From Candidatus Saccharimonadota bacterium (GTDB lineage: Archaea; Nanobdellota; Nanobdellia; Pacearchaeales; GW2011-AR1): 32,000 nt of DNA. The notes under the pieces were generated by a model. The model was not told where the DNA came from and searched no databases. It saw nothing but the letters and a program-made list of their open reading frames with translations. The stretch spans positions 479,057-511,056 of the forward strand of contig JAFCEL010000001.1 in the NCBI GenBank assembly GCA_017609205.1, written 5' to 3'. The number at the start of each line of letters is the position of its first letter. Within the stretch, counting starts at the first letter, position 1. Below are positions 23,490-30,142 of the stretch, piece after piece. The position numbers and the translations under genes were made by a program.

Positions 23490-23628
23490 AGAATCAGTAA
23501 GATGTATAAGTTTATGAACTTTTGGATAGTTAGTTTTAAAAATGAATTTATGTAATTATTCTTAAGTCGATAGCTTAGTTGAGGGTTTGTTAGATATATA
23601 GAATCTGACGTGGATTATCTCATATTCA

Positions 23629-23728
23629 GCCCCGATAGTTCAGAGGCCAAGAATGCTGCCCTTTCAGGAACTTGTTTTCAACTCTTCGGAGAAAGGCAGT
23701 GACCCGAGTTCGAATCTCGGTCGGGGCG
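23629..23728 (+). tRNA. tRNA-Glu(UUC) with a 27-nt intron at 37/38 (about 23667-23693)
   Basis: Elements: GCCCCGA-TA-GTTC-AGAGGCCAA-GAAT-G-CTGCC-CTTTCA, then the intron, then A-GGCAG-TGAC-CCGAG-TTCGAAT-CTCGG-TCGGGGC-G. The mature length is 73 nt. Confidence 0.9.
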
Positions 23729-23832
23729 TATTTTATTCTGGACATATGAAAAATCAGGACATTAAATTCTTCATTTTTTTGATATTTTTGAATTAGAAAA
23801 CTTTAATAATTGTATTGGTTGTTTAGTGTTAA

Positions 23833-23856
23833 GAGCCTGTAGCTCAGCCTGGTTAG
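23833..23856 (+). repeat. orphan copy of the first 24 nt (acceptor 5' strand plus D-arm 5' part) of the downstream tRNA-Ile gene
   Basis: GAGCCTGTAGCTCAGCCTGGTTAG is identical to 23903-23926. The following 46 nt carry a perfect hairpin, GGAATC-AGAA-GATTCC. They contain no anticodon arm or T-arm. Confidence 0.8.
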
Positions 23857-23902
23857 GCTGGAATCAGAAGATTCCGCTAAAACCCGTCTGGCTACTTGCA
23901 AT

Positions 23903-24020
23903 GAGCCTGTAGCTCAGCCTGGTTAGAGCACCAGTCTTATACGACGGTAGTTCATTAGAGCTATTGCTTATTCCTGTCTAGGAAAGCTGGGGGTCCGCGG
24001 TTCAAATCCGCGCAGGCTCA
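23903..24020 (+). tRNA. tRNA-Ile(UAU) with a 43-nt intron at 37/38 (about 23941-23983)
   Basis: Elements: GAGCCTG-TA-GCTC-AGCCTGGTTA-GAGC-A-CCAGT-CTTATA, then the intron, then A-GCTGG-GGGTC-CGCGG-TTCAAAT-CCGCG-CAGGCTC-A. The mature length is 75 nt and the anticodon reads TAT. Confidence 0.85.
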
Positions 24021-24060
24021 TTATAATTAATCTTAAATAATCTGTCTCTTTTGATAAGTT

Positions 24061-25248
24061 ATGTTAATTGGACTTGTTGGAAAGCCTTCATGTGGAAAAT
24101 CAACTTTTTTCAAAGCAGCTACTTTAGCAGATGTTCTTATTGCGGCATATCCTTTTGCAACTATAAAACCCAATCATGGGGTTGGTTATGTGAAAGTGGA
24201 TTGTTTATGTAAGGATTTTAATACAGCATGTAATCCGCAAAAAGGGTATTGTATCGACGGCAAAAGGTTTGTTCCTGTTGAGTTAATGGATGTTGCTGGT
24301 TTGGTCGAAGGTGCGAGTGAAGGAAAAGGTATGGGGAATCAGTTTTTAGATGATTTGCGACAAGCAGATGCATTTATTCATATTGTTGATATTTCTGGAG
24401 AGACAGATAGCAAGGGAGAACCAACAAAAAATTATAACCCTGCAGACGATGTTAGAATGCTTGAAAATGAATTAAATTTATGGTACATAGGAATTCTGAA
24501 AAAAGTTTGGCGTGTATTTGCGAGGTCTTTACAAGTACAAAAACAGGATTTTGCAAAAGCTGTAGCAAAGCAGTTTTCTGGTTTGAAAGTTTCAGAAGAG
24601 GATGTAAAAGAGGTTGTGAGAGATTTAAATTGTGAGGTTGATAATCCTTCTGGTTGGACAGACGATCAATTAAAAAGTTTTGCAATAAGTTTAAGGAGAA
24701 AAACAAAGCCCATGGTTATTGCTGCGAACAAAGTAGATTTGCCTGCAGGGAAGGAGAATTATGAGAAGTTAAAAAAAGATTTTCCTGATTTAATTATTAT
24801 CCCTTGTTCTGCTGACTCAGAATTAGCTTTAAGAGAAGCAGCAAAAGCGAAATTAATAAAATATGTTCCTGGAGAGAGAAATTTTGAAATTATTGGGGAA
24901 TTAAACCCTGCTCAGAAAGAAGCACTTGATAAGATTCAGAAAAATGTTTTGAATAATTTTACAGAAGGCACAGGTGTGCAAGCAATTTTGAATGCAGTTG
25001 TTTTTGATTTGCTAAAGTATATTGCTGTTTTTCCTGCAGGAGCGAATAAACTCAGCGATAGCAAAGGAAATGTTTTACCTGATTGTTTTTTGATTCCTGA
25101 TGGGTCAACTGCACTTGATTTTGCGTATTATATTCATTCTGATTTAGGAGATAAGTTCATAAAAGCAATTAATGCAAAAACAAAGCAGGCTGTTGGTAAA
25201 GATTACAAAGTTAAACATAGAGATGGACTAGAAATTATTACAAGATGA
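24061..25248 (+). CDS. Obg-like ATPase/GTPase of the YchF/OLA1 (Ygr210-like) family with a C-terminal TGS domain
   Basis: The motifs are G1 GLVGKPSCGKST, G3 DVAGLV and G4 AANKVD. The C-terminus GSTALDFAYYIHSDLGDKFIKAI...VKHRDGLEII is TGS-like. Confidence 0.8.
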   Translation: MLIGLVGKPSCGKSTFFKAATLADVLIAAYPFATIKPNHGVGYVKVDCLCKDFNTACNPQKGYCIDGKRFVPVELMDVAGLVEGASEGKGMGNQFLDDLRQADAFIHIVDISGETDSKGEPTKNYNPADDVRMLENELNLWYIGILKKVWRVFARSLQVQKQDFAKAVAKQFSGLKVSEEDVKEVVRDLNCEVDNPSGWTDDQLKSFAISLRRKTKPMVIAANKVDLPAGKENYEKLKKDFPDLIIIPCSADSELALREAAKAKLIKYVPGERNFEIIGELNPAQKEALDKIQKNVLNNFTEGTGVQAILNAVVFDLLKYIAVFPAGANKLSDSKGNVLPDCFLIPDGSTALDFAYYIHSDLGDKFIKAINAKTKQAVGKDYKVKHRDGLEIITR

Positions 25249-25484
25249 TTATTAGGGTTAAGGTAAAGACAAACTCAAGAGAGCAAGGTATTGAAAAGAT
25301 TTCGCCAGAGCTTTTTTCAGAGGAAGGTTGTGAGGGACTTTATTTTGTTAAGTTAAAATCTCCTCCAAATGAGGGCAAAGCAAATCTTGAGTTGATAAAA
25401 CTCTTAACAAAATATTTTGGAAAAAGAGTGAAAATTAAGTCTGGTTTCACGTCGAGAATGAAAGTTATTGAGGTTGAAGATTAA
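25245..25484 (+). CDS. DUF167 (YggU/UPF0235) family protein
   Basis: 79 aa. VKVKTNSRE...VKLKSPPNEGKANLELIKLLTKYFGKRVKIKSGFTSRMKVIEV matches the DUF167 signature (PP..GKAN, G.tSR.K). The start overlaps the upstream stop (ATGA). Confidence 0.75.
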   Translation: MIIRVKVKTNSREQGIEKISPELFSEEGCEGLYFVKLKSPPNEGKANLELIKLLTKYFGKRVKIKSGFTSRMKVIEVED

Positions 25485-25602
25485 ATCCTGTTATAGAAAT
25501 ATTATTAAATAGGAGTAGTTTATTATAGGATGAAAAAAGAGGAGAAATCGCTCTTATTGTAAAATGGAAATAAATTTAAATGCTTTTGAGTTATTTTAGA
25601 TA

Positions 25603-27327
25603 ATGAAAAAAAAGAGATTTAATAATAAGCTATTTTTATGTTTGATAATTTTGGCGTTAGTTCTAACTGTTTTTTTAGTGTATAATGGTATAATAGGCAA
25701 GATTGTTGGTTTTGCTTTGGAAGCAGGAGATGATTCTACTGTTACGAGGAGTTTTCAGGGTTCTAGTAGCTCTTTTGGGGGGAACTTAACAGTTGAGTTA
25801 AGAGTTTTTATTGATGAAGGATTCGGACATAAAGTTTATGTTGTAGAAGAAACTGTTCCCTCGGAGATTAATATTATAGATGCAGGAGGGGCTAGTAGAA
25901 GTGGCAATACTTTAAGATGGGCAGATATTAATGAGTCAGGCATATCTTCTACTACATTAACTTATGATATAGAAATTCCAGGAGATGTATCAGGTGGAGT
26001 AGAATATGTTTTCTCGGGGTATTATGGTATAGACGGGATGGATGATTCTGCAGAAATAGGAGGAGACACTACGATATCTTATTCTCAACCAGAATGTTTG
26101 TCTTGTAGTGATTGTGGTTCAGGAATCTTTAATAATTGTGATAGGAATGAATGTAATTCTTGCTTGAGTGGGAATTGTTATTATGTCTATAAGGGGTCGT
26201 TTCCTTTATGGGGAGAATATGGGAGTTGTACTGTTTGTTCTTCAACTACCTGCGAAGATTATTCAGATGATAAAACAACTTGCTTGTCAAATCCGTGTGG
26301 AGTTTCTGGAGGTTGTGAATGGAGTATTATTAGTGGTTGCCAAACGCCTGTTATAGAAGAACCTTCATGGCAAAATACATCGTGGTCTTCTTGGGAGAAT
26401 GTTTCTTGTCTTCCAAATGGTTTGATGAATCAGTCAAGCTTTTTGGTTCAATATGATTCTAAAAATCTTCCAACTTCTAAGAATATAACTTTTTACCGCT
26501 ATAGAGCAGTGTTGCCTTGCGATTATAGTAATTGGGTTCCAAAGATTACTTTTGATTATCTTGATTTTGATATGGGAGAGACAACTAATTTTTCCAAATA
26601 TAAAGCTAAAAAAGATTTAGAATCACTGCATGGAGTTAGGTTTAAGAAAAGGGCTTTTTTCTCAAGGCTTCGTTTTTTAGAGAGAATCAATCTTACAAGA
26701 AATATTAATTTTACTGGCAGGTTGGATTTAGGAGAGAGATGGGTTTATGTTGATTCAAAAGAAATACCTGAGTTTAATAAATCTGCACAGATAACTTTCT
26801 ATAATATAACTAATGAAGAAGTGAATATCTATAGGGATGATGCGATTTGCCCGAGTGATGTTTGTTTTAACATAAGTCATAATATAAGTACTGGTATCTT
26901 TACTTTTAATGTAAATTCTTTTAGTAATTTCTCTTTAGGGTGGTGTGGAGATTCAGCTTGCAATAGTGATGAGAGTTGTTCGACTTGTTCAGAGGATTGT
27001 GGAGTCTGTTCTGCTTCTTCAGGAGGAGGGGGTGGAGGAGGAGGCTCTTCTTCAGGAGGAAGTTCTGGCGGAGGAATAAATTTTCCTTTTTTCGGAGATT
27101 CTTCTTCAAGTAAACCCTCTAAAGAAGTTCAGTCATCTAGTGATGAAGAGTCTTCAACTAAAGAGCAATCTACAGAGAAATCATCAACTGATAGGGATAC
27201 AAGATTTCTTCAGTATGGGGTTTTGGTTACTATTCTTGTTTCTCTTATAGTTGTGATTATAATTATTTTAATAAAAATTACAAGAAGAAAGAGTAAGGGA
27301 GATTATCAAAAAATTAGATATTCTTAA
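25603..27327 (+). CDS. Cys-rich surface protein with an N-terminal signal/anchor, poly-Gly/Ser linker and C-terminal TM anchor
   Basis: 574 aa. The N-terminal hydrophobic segment is LFLCLIILALVLTVFLV. It contains many Cys and N-x-S/T sites and a CGDSACNSDESCSTCSEDCGVC module. A GGGGGGGGSSSGGSSGGG tract and a Ser-rich stalk follow. The TM helix is VLVTILVSLIVVIIIILI and the tail is RRKSK. Confidence 0.75.
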   Translation: MKKKRFNNKLFLCLIILALVLTVFLVYNGIIGKIVGFALEAGDDSTVTRSFQGSSSSFGGNLTVELRVFIDEGFGHKVYVVEETVPSEINIIDAGGASRSGNTLRWADINESGISSTTLTYDIEIPGDVSGGVEYVFSGYYGIDGMDDSAEIGGDTTISYSQPECLSCSDCGSGIFNNCDRNECNSCLSGNCYYVYKGSFPLWGEYGSCTVCSSTTCEDYSDDKTTCLSNPCGVSGGCEWSIISGCQTPVIEEPSWQNTSWSSWENVSCLPNGLMNQSSFLVQYDSKNLPTSKNITFYRYRAVLPCDYSNWVPKITFDYLDFDMGETTNFSKYKAKKDLESLHGVRFKKRAFFSRLRFLERINLTRNINFTGRLDLGERWVYVDSKEIPEFNKSAQITFYNITNEEVNIYRDDAICPSDVCFNISHNISTGIFTFNVNSFSNFSLGWCGDSACNSDESCSTCSEDCGVCSASSGGGGGGGGSSSGGSSGGGINFPFFGDSSSSKPSKEVQSSSDEESSTKEQSTEKSSTDRDTRFLQYGVLVTILVSLIVVIIIILIKITRRKSKGDYQKIRYS

Positions 27328-27401
27328 TGATTTTCGCTTTTTTGTTCTTTGAAGAAACTTTAATGTGTTATAGTATAATAGAAGATTAGAAATTTATTTA
27401 A

Positions 27402-27596
27402 ATGATTTCTTTTTTAAATCATATGTTTAAAAGGGGTGTTTTTATTTTAGCTTTATGTTCGATTTTATTCGGAAGTTTTGTTTCATCAACACCTTCTATA
27501 AATTCTGTTACAGGGGCTGTTGTACATAAAGATAATTTAACAATTTCTGGAACTGATTTTGGAATAAAAGATCCTGCAAGGCCTTTCTGTCAATAA
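27402..27596 (+). CDS. signal peptide plus IPT-like N-terminal fragment; probably the detached 5' part of the next ORF
   Basis: 64 aa, with MFKRGVFILALCSILFGSFVSS followed by INSVTGAVVHKDNLTISGTDFGIKDPARP. It stops at 27594-27596. The +1 frame is open from 27568 into ORF 27757..28770. Confidence 0.45.
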   Translation: MISFLNHMFKRGVFILALCSILFGSFVSSTPSINSVTGAVVHKDNLTISGTDFGIKDPARPFCQ

Positions 27597-27756
27597 TTAT
27601 TCAGCTGTTGTAGAATCTGGTTATACACAGGTTTCGCCTGCTCCTTCAAGAGAAGGTGAAGCTATTCCATCAACGCATCAGCTTGTTTATAGATCTGCTC
27701 CATATGCTGCAGTAAGCCAACCTGTAAATCCTCCTCATAATAGAAGCTCACAATAT

Positions 27757-28770
27757 ATGGTTGGGGGGCATTATGAAAACTTTGTAGGTCCGCATTCTGG
27801 GCGAGATGTATCCTTGACAGTATCTACTCCTTCTGGGTTTGAGAAGAGGTGGTTTGCAACATGGTATTATGCTGTTAATCCTGAGTGGCCTTCGTGTGGG
27901 TATGGTCCTAATCATAAAATTATGACAATGCAGGCAGGAACTCAGGCGTATTCCAATGCACCTTATACAAATCAGTTTTATTATATGAATTTTCCTAATA
28001 CAGGAAAGTATAGGATTTGTGATAAAGCTAATCAAACTTTAGTTAATTCGATGAACATCGGTGCATTCTATAATGGGACTTGGTGTAATTATTGGTATTG
28101 GAATCCTTCTGCCTGCAATAGTAACACACCTCTGGGGGACGGCAAGCAATGGCTTAGTAATTCTCCTGCAAATGGCAACTGGGTAAGACTTGAGAATCGT
28201 ATTTCTGATGACCAGGGATTCCTTCATTTTTTAATCGACAATCATTATGTATGGAGGGGTGAATCAAAGCCAGGATGGGTTGGAAATTACACTCCTGTTA
28301 AAGCAGGGATTCGCTCATATACTCTTGGAGGGTACTATAGGCACTACTTAAATGTATCTGGGTTTCAGAACGATAATGCTTTTAGATACTTTGATGATGT
28401 TTATGTAGATTCCACTCTTGCAAGAGTAATGCTTGCAAACAGCCAGAATTATTCAAATGCAACAATCATAGAACCTCAGATTCCATTTGCATGGTCAGAC
28501 AATTCTATTTCTGTAACAGTAAACTTAGGGAAATTCAATGACGGTGATACAGCTTATTTGTTTGTTTTTGACGCAGACAATAATCACAATGAGGTTGGTT
28601 ATCCAGTTAATATCCTTTCTGAAACAACAAATCCTGTTTGTGGTAATTCAATAACAGAGCCAGGCGAAGCATGCGATGGTTCTGACCTGAATGGCCTGGA
28701 CTGCTCAACAGTTGCAGCAGGGTTTGTGTCAGGAACACTTGGATGGAGGAAACAATGTTTATGCAAATAG
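27757..28770 (+). CDS. secreted lyase/lectin-like protein body ending in a truncated CGNS-ITEPGEACDG Cys-rich module
   Basis: 337 aa from the first ATG. The frame is open and protein-like for 63 more codons upstream (from 27568) with no ATG/GTG/TTG. The C-terminal part ARVMLANSQNYSNATIIEPQIPFAWSDNSISVTVNLGKFNDGDTAYLFVFDADN resembles the terminal beta-sandwich of bacterial secreted glycan-active proteins. The family is not recognised with certainty. Confidence 0.55.
   Translation: MVGGHYENFVGPHSGRDVSLTVSTPSGFEKRWFATWYYAVNPEWPSCGYGPNHKIMTMQAGTQAYSNAPYTNQFYYMNFPNTGKYRICDKANQTLVNSMNIGAFYNGTWCNYWYWNPSACNSNTPLGDGKQWLSNSPANGNWVRLENRISDDQGFLHFLIDNHYVWRGESKPGWVGNYTPVKAGIRSYTLGGYYRHYLNVSGFQNDNAFRYFDDVYVDSTLARVMLANSQNYSNATIIEPQIPFAWSDNSISVTVNLGKFNDGDTAYLFVFDADNNHNEVGYPVNILSETTNPVCGNSITEPGEACDGSDLNGLDCSTVAAGFVSGTLGWRKQCLCK
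28654..28745 (+). repeat. 92-bp perfect direct repeat, copy 1 (partner at 31887-31978)
   Basis: ACAGAGCCAGGCGAAGCATGCGATGGTTCTGACCTGAATGGCCTGGACTGCTCAACAGTTGCAGCAGGGTTTGTGTCAGGAACACTTGGATG is identical at both sites. It encodes TEPGEACDGSDLNGLDCSTVAAGFVSGTLG. Confidence 0.95.
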
Positions 28771-30142
28771 CTGCTCACAGGAAGACGTTCAGGCAGCCAT
28801 TGATTCTGCAAATGACGGGGATACAGTAATTGTACCTGCAGGAAGTTGCGTGTGGAACAAAACATTGGTAATTACGAAGGGGTTGGCTGTCCGGGGTGCG
28901 GGAATCGATAAAACCCTAATCATCAACAATATGGCTGATCCTCTTATTGATATTGTAACTCATAACGATGCAGTAAGAGTTTCTGGATTTAGTTTTAATA
29001 ATTCTTTATATGTGGGCAATTCTGCAATAGAAATACGAGACAGTATCAGGGTTAGAATAGACCATTCTGAGTTTATAAATGGTCTAAGATCTGTTCATGC
29101 GTTAAAAAGAGTCGAGGGCGTGATAGACCATAACAAATTCCTAAATTGCGAAATCGCTGTTGGAATAACAGGAGATAATGACCTTTCATGGGAAAGAGCG
29201 ATTATTCCTGGGACAGGAAACTCGTTGTTTATTGAAAATAATACCTTCATAATAACAAATAATTTTCCCATATCACAAAATGAACCAGAGCAACAGATAT
29301 ACCAACAAGAAGGAGCCAGAACAGTAACAAGATACAATCTGTTTGACGGATCCGCGTACACAGACGGGAATTATCTTGCCTATGATAGTCATGGCAATCA
29401 GAAATACTACAATGAAACTTCAGATTTCAGAGGCCAGCCATTAGTTGAAGTATACGGAAATGAAATAATTGCACATCATTCATATAGAATAATTGATTTT
29501 CGAGGAGGGTCTGTATTATTTTACAACAATAGTCTGACCACTCTGTCAAGAAGCATGCCCTGCATCGATCTTACAGAGGAAGAAGCTTGGTCATCCCATT
29601 TTACTGATGTTGGGTTAGATACAGAGTGGCCAGCAGAAGATCAAATAACAAACTCTTTCTTCTGGGGAAACAGCTATAATGGTGATACGACAGAAAGAGT
29701 CAAAGTTCGGCAAGCAAACTCAGAATGCGAGGGCATAAAATCTCCTCTCCCTTGCTGTACAGGTAGTGGTGTTGGTACTTGTGATGATACTTTTATTCAG
29801 CAGGGGCGTGATTTTTTTCTTCATGAGCCGCAAGCCATTGGAGGCAGATCGATATACACAAATAGACAGGGTGCTGCAGGAAATGATGATGACGGTACAT
29901 TACAATTCATTCCAAATGAGCCAAATGCTTATTACCCATACATCCCTTACCCTTACCCGCACCCACTCGCTTTAATAGATACCAATACTTCAACCCCTCA
30001 ACAATGCGTCCATAAAGCAGACAGCAACTGCGACGGAAAAGTGAATGTACAGGAGTTAATAAACTTCATAAAAAAGTGGAAGAAGGGTGAGGTAACAATC
30101 AGAGATGTGATTGGGGCAATAAAGAAGTGGAAAAATGGATAG
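28691..30142 (+). CDS. right-handed beta-helix (pectate-lyase-fold) protein with a C-terminal dockerin/EF-hand-like module; lacks its own signal peptide
   Basis: 483-aa ORF. The first ~18 codons are an out-of-frame reading of the Cys-rich module. Plausible protein sequence starts near GGNNVYANSCSQEDVQAAIDSANDGDTVIVPAGSCVWNKTLVITKGLAVRGAG, a typical beta-helix N-cap. Repetitive I/V-x-N segments and a YPYPHPL motif are present. The tail is DSNCDGKVNVQELINFIKKWKKG. Confidence 0.55.
   Translation: MAWTAQQLQQGLCQEHLDGGNNVYANSCSQEDVQAAIDSANDGDTVIVPAGSCVWNKTLVITKGLAVRGAGIDKTLIINNMADPLIDIVTHNDAVRVSGFSFNNSLYVGNSAIEIRDSIRVRIDHSEFINGLRSVHALKRVEGVIDHNKFLNCEIAVGITGDNDLSWERAIIPGTGNSLFIENNTFIITNNFPISQNEPEQQIYQQEGARTVTRYNLFDGSAYTDGNYLAYDSHGNQKYYNETSDFRGQPLVEVYGNEIIAHHSYRIIDFRGGSVLFYNNSLTTLSRSMPCIDLTEEEAWSSHFTDVGLDTEWPAEDQITNSFFWGNSYNGDTTERVKVRQANSECEGIKSPLPCCTGSGVGTCDDTFIQQGRDFFLHEPQAIGGRSIYTNRQGAAGNDDDGTLQFIPNEPNAYYPYIPYPYPHPLALIDTNTSTPQQCVHKADSNCDGKVNVQELINFIKKWKKGEVTIRDVIGAIKKWKNG

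Noticed and set aside
23833-23926. Two identical 24-nt repeats with a 46-nt spacer, considered as a mini CRISPR array.
   Set aside because: There are only two copies. The repeat is the 5' end of a tRNA gene. No cas genes are present and there is no further periodicity.
28691-28744. The ATG at 28691 as the genuine N-terminus of the beta-helix protein.
   Set aside because: The first ~18 codons are the Cys-rich module read in the wrong frame. No signal peptide results, despite a secreted-type architecture. I reported the ORF coordinates but flagged the start as doubtful.
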